This document shows, piece after piece, positions 1 through 7,971 of a stretch of 32,000 nucleotides of DNA. Location: positions 360,001-392,000 of the forward strand of contig NZ_JAGIOS010000001.1 of the NCBI RefSeq assembly GCF_017876815.1. The letters run 5' to 3'. The stretch's first letter is position 1, and each line of letters starts with the position of its first letter. Made by a program: the position numbers and the translations under genes. The notes under the pieces are model-generated. The model saw nothing but the letters and a program-made list of their open reading frames with translations, did not search any database and was not told where the DNA came from. The DNA is from Sinorhizobium meliloti. Lineage in GTDB: Bacteria; Pseudomonadota; Alphaproteobacteria; Rhizobiales; Rhizobiaceae.

Positions 1-349
1 CCTCGTCGCGGTCTCCACGCCGGTTATCTTCCGATCGCTCGTCAGGAAGACCAATCCTCCGCTGGTCTTGCCTGAAGATGCCCGCTCGACTGCCGAATGG
101 CTGACGGCCATGGCGGCCATGCGGAACGACCTGGAGCCGCCGGCACGTGCGCACGAGCCGATGATCGAAACCGTCTCGAACGCATTGCGCGACGCAGGCG
201 CGGCGCTCGTGCGGATGTCCGGCTCGGGTGCCACCTGCTTCGGCCTGTTCACGGGGATGAAAAGCGCCGAACGTGCCGCTGAGACCATTTCCGCCGGCCA
301 CCCGCGATGGTACGTTCAGGCGACGCGAACCGCGGGAAAATCAGGATAA
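1..349 (+). CDS. ispE: IspE (4-diphosphocytidyl-2-C-methyl-D-erythritol kinase), 3' partial; gene begins left of the window
   Basis: The frame starting at nt 2 is open from the window edge to TAA 347-349. The C-terminal GHMP-kinase motif RMSGSGATCFGLF is characteristic of IspE. The stop lies 7 nt before the moaB ATG. Confidence 0.85.
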   Translation, partial: LVAVSTPVIFRSLVRKTNPPLVLPEDARSTAEWLTAMAAMRNDLEPPARAHEPMIETVSNALRDAGAALVRMSGSGATCFGLFTGMKSAERAAETISAGHPRWYVQATRTAGKSG

Positions 350-356
350 CGCCAGA

Positions 357-899
357 ATGCCCAGCCTCGATGAAAGACGCCCCTTCATCCCCATCGGCAT
401 CGCCGTGCTCACGGTCTCGGACACGCGCACACGCGCGGACGACAAGTCCGGCGATGTGCTCGAAGCGAGAATACGAGAGGCCGGCCACCGGCTCGAGGCG
501 CGGACAATCGTTCCCGACGAGCGCGAGAAGATCTACGGACAGGTGAAGGCCTGGACGCTCGATGCCGCGATCGACGTCGTCATCACCACCGGGGGCACCG
601 GATTCACGGGCCGCGACGTTACGCCGGAAGCGCTGGAGCCGCTCTTCGAGAAACGCATGGATGGCTTTTCGGAGGTGTTCCACCGGATCTCTTACGAGAA
701 GATCGGCACGTCGACGATCCAGTCGCGGGTCACGGGCGGGGTCGCCAATGCGACGTTCATCTTCGTCCTGCCCGGATCCCCCGGTGCCTGCAAGGACGCC
801 TGGGACGGAATCCTGAAGCAGCAACTCGATTACCGGCACATGCCGTGCAATTTCGTCGAGATCATGCCGCGGCTCGACGAGCACCTGAAGCGCGGCTGA
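357..899 (+). CDS. moaB: Molybdenum cofactor biosynthesis protein B
   Basis: ATG 357 is an internal Met of track ORF 273..899, whose 5' part overlaps ispE. The protein is colinear with E. coli MoaB: AVLTVSDTR, VITTGGTGFTGRDVTPEA, GFSEVFHRISYEKIGTSTIQSR, PGSPGACKDAW. Confidence 0.9.
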   Translation: MPSLDERRPFIPIGIAVLTVSDTRTRADDKSGDVLEARIREAGHRLEARTIVPDEREKIYGQVKAWTLDAAIDVVITTGGTGFTGRDVTPEALEPLFEKRMDGFSEVFHRISYEKIGTSTIQSRVTGGVANATFIFVLPGSPGACKDAWDGILKQQLDYRHMPCNFVEIMPRLDEHLKRG

Positions 900-1353
900 C
901 GAGATTCGTGTTCCGTTTGGAACAGACCCGCGCCCCGAATCCCGCTAGTTTGCCTTCGTCGGCTTGGCTCGAAGCGGGCAAGGCAAGCACCGTTTAATTG
1001 CTTCGAGCGAATGCCCGGCCTCTTTCCGGGGCAATATTGGGAAAGAGAGAAGGCTACGACGTGCTGCCCGTCCGAAACGATGGGCATGCATGGCAAGACA
1101 TTTTCACAGACGGATATTTTTCATAAACAAGGTCATTTGAGAGCCACTTTGGGGGTACCGCAAGGTACGCCCCATTCTTGCTTCGGAGAAGCGGCTCAGC
1201 TCGGGGCTACGGCCACCATGTCACGGCTTCTCATCGACGGAGAAAGCCCACTCGCATTTGCCGCCTCGGAGCCCCTTTTCCTCGTTTTCACTCAGACGCA
1301 GGCGCGCTGGTCGACAAGGCCCGCACTGCAACCCGCCAGGGTAGGAGGAAGTC

Positions 1354-2433
1354 ATGGGAACGGCAGAGCACGCTTACTCGAAAACGGATCGGCCCGAGAC
1401 CGAGGTTCCGCTGGGGCTGCAGGCCTTCTACGAACGTCGGCAGAAGGATGAATGGCAGGCAACGGTAACCAGGCTGGACGCATTGCGCCAGTCTTTCGCA
1501 GAGCAGCGCCGGCAGGTCTTTTCACCTGACCTGCGCGACAGGATCGCGCAGGTCGCAAGGTCGGGCCGACGTGATGATCCGCGCGGGCCCGGTCTTCGAT
1601 ACAGGTCGCTCGTCGAGGCCAGGAATACCGGCCTTGATCTGAACGCGCTCAAACGGCTTCATAAGCGTGCCTATGGCGAAGTCGGCGAGTTGGTGAGGGG
1701 CCACGAAGCCTTCCACCGCCACGAAACGGTGGTCGGCAGCGTCGCCGACATCTTCAAACAACCGCCGCTCGTGTATGTCGCGCCCGATCCCGACAAGGAA
1801 AAGCTGTTCCTCCCGCCCTTTGGAGGCTGCTGGGACAGACTCGAGCAGAACCAGGCAACCGGCGACGGAGCAATCGTGGAGAACAGTTCCTATTTGGACT
1901 GTGCGGGACGGATGGGATCGAGACTGATCGCCCGCAACAATAGTGCCTCCGATGCTGAAATCCTCTGCGCCTATCGGGAGAACGGCTACCTCGTGCCGTT
2001 CAAGACGCTCCGCACCGGTATACTGCAAGTCAAGGCAGACTTGTCGGCCCTCATCTGCCGCCATCACATCTCGACCTACGACGAGTTCGGGTGGTCCGAC
2101 TTTCACGCCACGACGCGCGGCCGCCTAGTGCTGGCCGTGTTCTGGAACTGGGAGGATGTCGAACCGGCGAACGAGGTGAGCGACCAGTGGTTCGCCTCGG
2201 GTCTCGACTGCAGCGGCGATGGCGAGAGCTTTCCAGGTACCTCCATCCAGGCCGTTCCTGGGGAACGAAGAATCATCAACCTGTTCACCGAGATGGCCTT
2301 CCCCGCTGGCCGCAAGCTCTGGGTCTATGTCGGGGTGGCCGATCGCATCTGGACGTTCCTCAATGACGTCAGCATCGACATTTCGATCGACTCGGCCTGG
2401 CAGTTGAACTCGCTTGCAGTCCGCTCGATCTGA
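1354..2433 (+). CDS. Hypothetical protein, 359 aa, no family recognised
   Basis: ATG 1354 follows AGGAGG (1343-1348) with a 5-nt spacer. Third codon positions are GC-rich like the neighbouring genes. The N-terminal ~110 aa are charged and helical-looking, and the C-terminal ~230 aa look beta-rich. There is no signal peptide, TM segment or catalytic motif I can name. Confidence 0.7.
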   Translation: MGTAEHAYSKTDRPETEVPLGLQAFYERRQKDEWQATVTRLDALRQSFAEQRRQVFSPDLRDRIAQVARSGRRDDPRGPGLRYRSLVEARNTGLDLNALKRLHKRAYGEVGELVRGHEAFHRHETVVGSVADIFKQPPLVYVAPDPDKEKLFLPPFGGCWDRLEQNQATGDGAIVENSSYLDCAGRMGSRLIARNNSASDAEILCAYRENGYLVPFKTLRTGILQVKADLSALICRHHISTYDEFGWSDFHATTRGRLVLAVFWNWEDVEPANEVSDQWFASGLDCSGDGESFPGTSIQAVPGERRIINLFTEMAFPAGRKLWVYVGVADRIWTFLNDVSIDISIDSAWQLNSLAVRSI

Positions 2434-2458
2434 AAGTCATGCCACTCCGGCATCGGGC

Positions 2459-2498
2459 GCATCGGCCCGAAGATCGATTCCGATTTTCGGGCCGATGC
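2459..2498. other. Perfect 13-bp GC-rich hairpin between convergent genes (possible bidirectional terminator or RNA-stability element)
   Basis: GCATCGGCCCGAA (2459-2471) pairs perfectly with TTCGGGCCGATGC (2486-2498). The 14-nt loop is GATCGATTCCGATT. It lies 26 nt after the stop of ORF 1354..2433. No clear U-tract on either strand. Confidence 0.4.
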
Positions 2499-2519
2499 GG
2501 TAGACCGTCAACTCGATAA

Positions 2520-2574
2520 GTTAGAGCGGGAAGCGGGCTGAAAGCCGCACACACTTTTCCTTATCCCGCTCTAC
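2520..2574 (+). repeat. Nested palindromic intergenic repeat, copy A (REP/RIME-like)
   Basis: The outer inverted repeat TAGAGCGGGA/TCCCGCTCTA flanks the core GCGGGCTGAAAGCCGCACACACTTTTCC. The core recurs at 10012-10056 (inverted), 14822-14868 and 23141-23186. This copy overlaps only the TAG stop (2571-2573) of the minus-strand gene. Confidence 0.8.
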
Positions 2575-3122
2575 GAACAGGGCGTCCGGTGCCGTTCTCC
2601 CACCGACCGGTTGTCCAATGCGACCCAGGACGGGACGAGCTCGGTCGCAAGTTTGCGGGCGGCTCGTCCGCTCGCAAGGGCGCTGAGCGGCATCTTGCCG
2701 CGGGCAGCCGCGACCGCGTCCCCCTTCGGCAGCAGAAATCCGGACTCCAGCGGCGGCGCCCTGTGCGCCAAGCGCTTGAGAAGCGGGCGCTTATGCATTC
2801 GCGAGGGAGAAAACCGCGCCGGGCTCCTGTTCAGAGAGACGTATTCGGCCAGTTCATCCACCCAGCGACCGATAGGGCGGGCACCAGGCTCCAGGAGCAT
2901 CAACCACTCGCCGCGGGCGGAACGAAGGACATCGCCGAGATCCCACTCAAGGCAGAAACGGCAACCGGCAGCATCCGCGACCCTGGGGGAGCCGTCGGTC
3001 GATCCGTGGTCCAGGATTATTACATCGCTGACGAGCCCTTCCACCGCGCCGGCAACGAGCGCCGAGAGCGTCTGTGCGAGCTCCGCTTCGTTGTCCTTCG
3101 TTTCCATGATGACCGTCAGCAT
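2571..3122 (-). CDS. Short glycosyltransferase family 2-like protein (183 aa)
   Basis: Start re-assigned to ATG 3122, with AGGAA SD 6 nt upstream. The longer track start lies in the promoter spacer. It shows the GT2-type N-terminal pattern: LTVIMETKDNEAELAQTLSALV, DVIILDHGSTDGSPRVA, ARGEWLMLLEPGARP. It is much shorter than typical GT2 enzymes. Confidence 0.65.
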   Translation of the reverse strand: MLTVIMETKDNEAELAQTLSALVAGAVEGLVSDVIILDHGSTDGSPRVADAAGCRFCLEWDLGDVLRSARGEWLMLLEPGARPIGRWVDELAEYVSLNRSPARFSPSRMHKRPLLKRLAHRAPPLESGFLLPKGDAVAAARGKMPLSALASGRAARKLATELVPSWVALDNRSVGERHRTPCS

Positions 3123-3221
3123 AGCCGTTCCTACCGCATCGCAGCGCAGATTGCTACAAGTGCAGGTCCGCACAGGGTGGCGGATGAACGCGCGCCTTCC
3201 CAGGAGATGTGCTGAATATTT

Positions 3222-3236
3222 GTTCTTGATTTGTTC
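3222..3236 (+). promoter_or_regulatory. Candidate LexA (SOS) operator, GTTC-N7-GTTC
   Basis: GTTCttgatttGTTC exactly matches the direct-repeat LexA box of Rhizobiales/Rhodobacterales. It sits in the divergent spacer 65 nt upstream of the radical SAM ATG. It overlaps a -35-like CTTGAT (3225-3230), N17, CTAGGA (3248-3253). Confidence 0.55.
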
Positions 3237-3300
3237 TATTTTCTGCGCTAGGAAAATAATCAGCACCAAGCGAGCCGAGCATGGTTCCGGGGAGATTTCG

Positions 3301-4458
3301 ATGAACGATCTGTCTCAACTCAAGCAGGGCGTCTATGCGCCCGGCAACAGCGTGGATGTGGCGGAGGCCCTCGTCGCCGGATCCGGCATCCGAATCGACG
3401 TCGATCGTCGGCGTGGCCGCGGTGCCGCCCTCAACATCTCGGGACGCTTCGAGCAGAAATCGCGCGAAGTCTTCGATGACGGGTGGCAAACGCTCGAGGA
3501 GTTGCCGCCGTTCAAGACCGAGGTCCAGATAGAAAAGCCGAAGACGGCGATCACGCGCAACGAATCTCCCGACATATCTTTCGACCGATCGATCAACCCC
3601 TATCGCGGCTGCGAGCATGGCTGCATCTACTGCTTCGCGCGGCCTACGCACGCCTATATGGGGCTCTCGGCAGGGCTTGATTTCGAAGCCAAGCTCTTCG
3701 CCAAGCCCGACGCGCCACGTCTTCTCGAGCGCGAGCTGGCGAAGCCGGACTATAAGCTTCGCCCGATCGCGATCGGCACAAATACCGATCCCTATCAGCC
3801 GATCGAAAAGGAATGGCGGATCATGCGCCAGATCCTGGAAGTGCTGAAGGAGGCCAATCATCCGGTGATGATCGTTACAAAATCGGCCATGGTGACGCGC
3901 GATATCGACCTGCTGGCGCCGATGGCGGAAAAGGGTCTTGCCCGGGTCGGCATTTCGGTGACCACGCTCGACCGGAAACTGGCGCGCAGCATGGAACCGC
4001 GGGCGTCGACGCCCACCAAGCGGCTGGAGGCGCTACGCGCAATTTCCGAGGCCGGCATTCCCGCTGGAGTACTGGTCGCGCCGATCATTCCGGCGCTGAA
4101 CGATCACGAGATCGAGCGCGTGCTCGATTCGGCGAAGTCGGCGGGCGCGTCGGATGCGAGCTACGTACTCCTCCGGCTTCCGCTGGAGGTGAGCCCCCTG
4201 TTTCGTGACTGGCTTCTCAGAAACTACCCGGACCGCTACCGGCACGTCATGTCGCTCATCCGCTCCATGCGCGGCGGCAAGGATTACGATGCCGAGTTCG
4301 GTAAACGAATGAAGGGCAGCGGACCTTACGCCTGGCAGATCGGCCGTCGATTCGAGCTTGCGGCCAAGCGGCTCGGCCTCAATCTGACGCGCCGGCAATT
4401 GCGCAGCGATCTCTTCGTGCCGCCGCTAGGAATGGGCGTTCAGCTGTCGCTTCTTTAG
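3301..4458 (+). CDS. PA0069-family radical SAM protein (COG1533, SplB-like 'DNA repair photolyase'), 385 aa
   Basis: ATG 3301 follows a GGGGAG SD. The radical SAM cluster motif CEHGCIYCF (CxxxCxxC) is present. The N-terminal RGRGAALNISGRFE signature is typical of this family. The 5' part of track ORF 2611..4458 is an antisense shadow. Confidence 0.88.
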   Translation: MNDLSQLKQGVYAPGNSVDVAEALVAGSGIRIDVDRRRGRGAALNISGRFEQKSREVFDDGWQTLEELPPFKTEVQIEKPKTAITRNESPDISFDRSINPYRGCEHGCIYCFARPTHAYMGLSAGLDFEAKLFAKPDAPRLLERELAKPDYKLRPIAIGTNTDPYQPIEKEWRIMRQILEVLKEANHPVMIVTKSAMVTRDIDLLAPMAEKGLARVGISVTTLDRKLARSMEPRASTPTKRLEALRAISEAGIPAGVLVAPIIPALNDHEIERVLDSAKSAGASDASYVLLRLPLEVSPLFRDWLLRNYPDRYRHVMSLIRSMRGGKDYDAEFGKRMKGSGPYAWQIGRRFELAAKRLGLNLTRRQLRSDLFVPPLGMGVQLSLL

Positions 4459-4618
4459 ATCGAAAGCATAAGCCGCCACTCTTTCCCGCTGTGGAACGGC
4501 TTTGAAAATTCCAGCATCCGCCCTTTGCCCCACGGGGCGGCGCTGGTTCCCCCCGGCAACCGCCGCAAACCGAGCCGGGGGCTTGAAGGGAATCGGGCGA
4601 GTATGCGAGTGTCTTTTC

Positions 4619-5269
4619 ATGTCACGTCGCAAACAGCCCGATTCCCCTCTTTTTCCTCTTCAGGCGCCCGTTCCGGATTTCACCTTCGAGCGCGCCGCCC
4701 ATCGCGACGGTTTCTGGCCGGTCGCGGGAGCCGACGAAGCTGGGCGGGGACCGCTTGCGGGCCCGGTCGTCGCCGCCGCGGTCATTCTCGATCCGGACGC
4801 CATCCCGGCGGGTCTCAACGACAGCAAGCTGCTGACCGCGGAGCAGCGCGAGGCGCTGTTCGAAGAAATTCTGGCGACATCGACGGTTTCCATCGCCTCG
4901 TCCTCGTCGGCGCGCATCGACACGACAGATATCCTGAAGGCCAGCCTCGATGCGATGCGCCGCGCCGTTCACGGCCTCGAACTGGCGGCCCGCATCGTTC
5001 TGGTTGACGGCCGCGACGTGCCGCCCGGCCTCTCCTGCCACGCAAAAGCGATCGTCAAGGGGGACAGCCGCTCCGTGTCGATCGCCGCCGCATCGATCGT
5101 CGCCAAGGTCACCCGTGACCGCATGATGGCCCGCGCCGATGCAACTTTCCCGCTCTACGGCTTTGCCCATCATGCGGGCTATGCGACCGTGAAGCATCGC
5201 ACGGCGATCGAAAGCCACGGCCCCTGCTCCCTGCACCGCATGAGCTTCCGCCCGTTCCGCCAGGTTTGA
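4619..5269 (+). CDS. rnhB: Ribonuclease HII
   Basis: The [21 protein letters not shown] catalytic N-terminal motif (DEAGRGP) and DSKLLT and HHAGY/KHR regions are present. Start chosen at ATG 4619, which has a weak SD, so the start is uncertain. Confidence 0.88.
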   Translation: MSRRKQPDSPLFPLQAPVPDFTFERAAHRDGFWPVAGADEAGRGPLAGPVVAAAVILDPDAIPAGLNDSKLLTAEQREALFEEILATSTVSIASSSSARIDTTDILKASLDAMRRAVHGLELAARIVLVDGRDVPPGLSCHAKAIVKGDSRSVSIAAASIVAKVTRDRMMARADATFPLYGFAHHAGYATVKHRTAIESHGPCSLHRMSFRPFRQV

Positions 5270-5286
5270 CGGAGGTGAAGCCCCCC

Positions 5287-5376
5287 CTCATCCGCCTGCC
5301 GGCACCTTCTCCCCGCAGGCGGGGCGAAGGGACTCGCGGAACGCTCTTAAGTCCCCTCTCCCCGCCTGCGATAGGG
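5287..5376. repeat. Rhizobial intergenic palindromic mosaic, part 1
   Basis: CCTTCTCCCCGC-AG-GCGGGGCGAAGG is a near-perfect palindrome (5305-5330), followed by a related half-copy CCCCTCTCCCCGCCTGCG (5352-5370). This motif class is widely repeated in rhizobial intergenic DNA. Confidence 0.7.
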
Positions 5377-5500
5377 CATATACACATCTGATCCTCTCGC
5401 GGGACCATTGCCTTGGGGCGGGCGACAAACGGTTTGACCTTCGCACGCCCAAAACGATGCCACGGGCAGAACGCAGAAGTGGAAGCGAAGGCCCGCCGCA

Positions 5501-5548
5501 GGTATTCTCCCCCCTTGTGGGGGAGATGGCCGACAGGCCAGAGGGGGT
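5501..5548. repeat. Rhizobial intergenic palindromic mosaic, part 2
   Basis: TCTCCCCC-cttgt-GGGGGAGA hairpin (5506-5526), followed by GGCCGACAGGCCAGAGGGGG. This is a second recognisable rhizobial repeat type. Confidence 0.65.
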
Positions 5549-5600
5549 CTGCTCTCCTGCTCGCCCCACATGACGTACGGTTGCCCGGATAACGGATCCC

Positions 5601-5632
5601 GCAAAGCAAAGCCCCGCCGAAGCGGGGCTTTT
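5601..5632 (-). terminator. Intrinsic terminator of the F0 operon (after atpF)
   Basis: AAGCCCCGC-cgaa-GCGGGGCTT is a 9-bp stem with a tetraloop (5609-5630), about 30 nt downstream of the atpF stop. On the minus strand it is followed by TGCTTTGC. The plus strand also has a short T run. Confidence 0.75.
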
Positions 5633-5659
5633 CAATCTCCAGGGTATTATCGGCTACGC

Positions 5660-6145
5660 TTAGTTCAGGCGCGCTTTGACTTCGCCAATCGCCTTCTTGA
5701 AAAGCGTCTCCTGCGCGCCTGCATCGGCCTTGCTCGCGAGCACTTTCTCGGCCGCGCTGATTGCCAGGTCCACCGCAGCTGCGCGGACGGCGTTGATCGC
5801 ATCGCTTTCGGCCTGCTTGATCTTCTGTTCGGAAAGTGCCGTGCGGCGCGCGACATATTCCTCGGTCTTCTGCTTGGCTTCCGCAGTCAGCATCTCCGCC
5901 TCGCGCTGGGCCGCGGCGACGATGCTTGCGGCTTCGGCTTCGGCGTCCTTGCGCTTGCGCTGGTACTCGGCAACGAGACTCTGGGCTTCCTCGCGCAGAC
6001 GCTTGGCTTCGGCCAGTTCATTGCTGATCTTGTCGGCGCGGGCGTCGAGCGCCTTGCCGACCATGCCCGGGACCTTGAGATAGGCGATGAGGACAAAGAA
6101 GAGGATGAGGCCTACGAGGGCATAGAAAGTCGCATCAAGAGCCAT
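5660..6145 (-). CDS. atpF: F0F1 ATP synthase subunit b
   Basis: 161 aa with an N-terminal TM helix and then an Ala/Glu/Lys-rich coiled coil. ATG 6145 follows a GAGGAA SD. It is the last gene of the atpI-B-E-F'-F order. Confidence 0.92.
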   Translation of the reverse strand: MALDATFYALVGLILFFVLIAYLKVPGMVGKALDARADKISNELAEAKRLREEAQSLVAEYQRKRKDAEAEAASIVAAAQREAEMLTAEAKQKTEEYVARRTALSEQKIKQAESDAINAVRAAAVDLAISAAEKVLASKADAGAQETLFKKAIGEVKARLN

Positions 6146-6158
6146 GGTTCTCTTTTCC

Positions 6159-6773
6159 TCAGTTGCCGGCCGAAGCCTTGAACGCCGCAGCGATCTCGGC
6201 CTTGGTGACGGTCCCGCCGATCAATTGTTTGACAACGGCTGTCGCCGTTTCCTCGGCGATCGCGCCGACATCGGCAAGAGCCTTCGACTTGATGTCGGCG
6301 ATGCGCGCTTCTGCAGCGGCAATCTTCTTCGCAAGACCGGCTTCGACACCGTCGCGGTCGGCCTTGGCCTTCGCCTTGGCCGCTTCGCGGGCGGTGTCGG
6401 CAATCGAATGGCCCTTGGCTCTGGCGCCTGCCAACTCCTGCTCGTAAGCAGCAATGGCGGCATCGGCCTCGCCCTTCAGGCGGGATGCCTCATCGAGATC
6501 CTGGGCGATCCGGTCATGACGCGTCTCGAGAATCCCCCCGATGCGCGGAATGATGACCTTCGACATCAGGAGATAGAACAGGCCGAAGGTGATCGCGAGC
6601 CACAGAAGCTGCGAAGCGAAATGGGTCGTATCGAAGGGCGGGAACACGCCGGCGCCATGATCGGCTTCGTGGGCCACACCCGTTTCGGTGTGCACCTCAC
6701 CGGCCGCAGCGGCATCGTGTGCTTCGGCGCCTTCGGTGGTGGATGACTGGGCATATGCCGCGGTCACAAACAT
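6159..6773 (-). CDS. atpF2: F0F1 ATP synthase subunit b'
   Basis: Start moved to ATG 6773, with a GGAGGTG SD 5 nt upstream. It has a TM helix ([15 protein letters not shown]) and a b-type coiled coil. It lies between the c and b subunit genes, as in alphaproteobacteria. Confidence 0.9.
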   Translation of the reverse strand: MFVTAAYAQSSTTEGAEAHDAAAAGEVHTETGVAHEADHGAGVFPPFDTTHFASQLLWLAITFGLFYLLMSKVIIPRIGGILETRHDRIAQDLDEASRLKGEADAAIAAYEQELAGARAKGHSIADTAREAAKAKAKADRDGVEAGLAKKIAAAEARIADIKSKALADVGAIAEETATAVVKQLIGGTVTKAEIAAAFKASAGN

Positions 6774-6846
6774 GCTCACCTCCAGGTGCACTCAAGAATA
6801 TGCGCGGCCGCGGCCTTTCGGGCCGCGGCCAAAACTTCTGCCGATA

Positions 6847-7074
6847 TCAGACGGCGAAGAGGAGGAGGAGTGCAATGAGCAGCGAGAAGATGCCCAGAGC
6901 TTCCGTAACGGCGAAGCCGAATACGAGGCGGCCGAACTGGCCGTCAGCTGCCGACGGATTGCGCAGTGCGCCGGACAGGTAGCTGCCGAAGATGTTGCCG
7001 AGGCCGAGAGCCGTGCCGGCCATACCAAGGCATGCAAGACCTGCACCGATGTACTTTGCTGCTTCCGCTTCCAT
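6847..7074 (-). CDS. atpE: F0F1 ATP synthase subunit c
   Basis: 75-aa proteolipid: [29 protein letters not shown]...[25 protein letters not shown] 7074 follows an AAGGAG SD. Confidence 0.95.
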   Translation of the reverse strand: MEAEAAKYIGAGLACLGMAGTALGLGNIFGSYLSGALRNPSAADGQFGRLVFGFAVTEALGIFSLLIALLLLFAV

Positions 7075-7158
7075 GATTGACTCCTTCGAAATGGTGTTGC
7101 GGCTTAAGATTTGTGCTTCCGGCGGCAAGCCGACCGGAAACCAGCGACTGTTTATTCC

Positions 7159-7911
7159 TTAGTGGCCTCCGGGGTGGACCGCATCGTTGAGGTACATGCA
7201 GGTCAGCACCGCAAAGACATAGGCCTGGAGGAAGGCGACCAGGAATTCAAGACCGGTAAGCGCGACGGTCATGATGAGCGGCAGGATCGCACCGCCGATG
7301 CCGAGCGCACCAAAGGCGCTGAGCGAGGCGACGAAGCCTGCGAAGACCTTCAGCGTGATATGGCCGGCCAGCATGTTGGCGAAGAGACGGACCGAGAGGC
7401 TGATGGGTCGGGAAAGGAACGAGATGATTTCGATCGCCACGACCAGCGGCAGGAGCGCGCCCGGCACTCCCTGCGGCACGAAAAGCTTGAGGAAGCCGAA
7501 GCCGTGCTTGTAGAAGCCGTAGAGAAGGACGGTGCCGATCACGAAGACCGCAAGCGCGAAGGTGACGATGATCTGGCTGGTGACGGTGAAGAAATAGGGG
7601 ACCATGCCGAGCAGGTTCGCCGTCAGGATGAACATGAACAGCGAGAAGACCATCGGGAAGAATTTCATCCCGTGACTGCCGGCGCCTTCGCGAAGCATCG
7701 AGGCGATGAACTCGTAGGACATTTCCGAAACCGACTGCATGCGCGTCGGGATAAGCCCGCGCTGCGATGTCGTCAGATAGAGGAAGCCGGCAGCCGCACC
7801 GACGGTCGCCACCATGAACAGCGACGCATTGGTGAAGGAAAAGTCAATTCCGCCGATCTCGAGCGGGACAATCTTGTTGACCAGGAACTGGTGGGTCGGA
7901 TCGTTTGACAC
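7159..7911 (-). CDS. atpB: F0F1 ATP synthase subunit a
   Basis: 250-aa polytopic membrane protein with the conserved [10 protein letters not shown] motif. The start is GTG (plus-strand CAC 7909-7911) with a purine-rich AAGAGAAG upstream. Confidence 0.93.
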   Translation of the reverse strand: MSNDPTHQFLVNKIVPLEIGGIDFSFTNASLFMVATVGAAAGFLYLTTSQRGLIPTRMQSVSEMSYEFIASMLREGAGSHGMKFFPMVFSLFMFILTANLLGMVPYFFTVTSQIIVTFALAVFVIGTVLLYGFYKHGFGFLKLFVPQGVPGALLPLVVAIEIISFLSRPISLSVRLFANMLAGHITLKVFAGFVASLSAFGALGIGGAILPLIMTVALTGLEFLVAFLQAYVFAVLTCMYLNDAVHPGGH

Positions 7912-7971
7912 CGCGCTTCTCTTTCGTTCTGCCCGCCCGCGAGCGGAAATACTGTTCTTCCCGGCGACACC

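Noticed and set aside
1103-1129. TTCACA ... TAAACA as a promoter for the orphan gene or leader
   Set aside because: The spacer is only 14-15 nt and both hexamers are weak. No promoter is claimed there.
1135-1290. Assignment of the structured upstream region to a known riboswitch or alpha-sRNA class
   Set aside because: I could not recognise conserved cores of SAM-II, cobalamin, TPP, glycine, fluoride, ZTP, ybhL, speF or AbcR/alpha-r type RNAs. It is left as an unclassified candidate.
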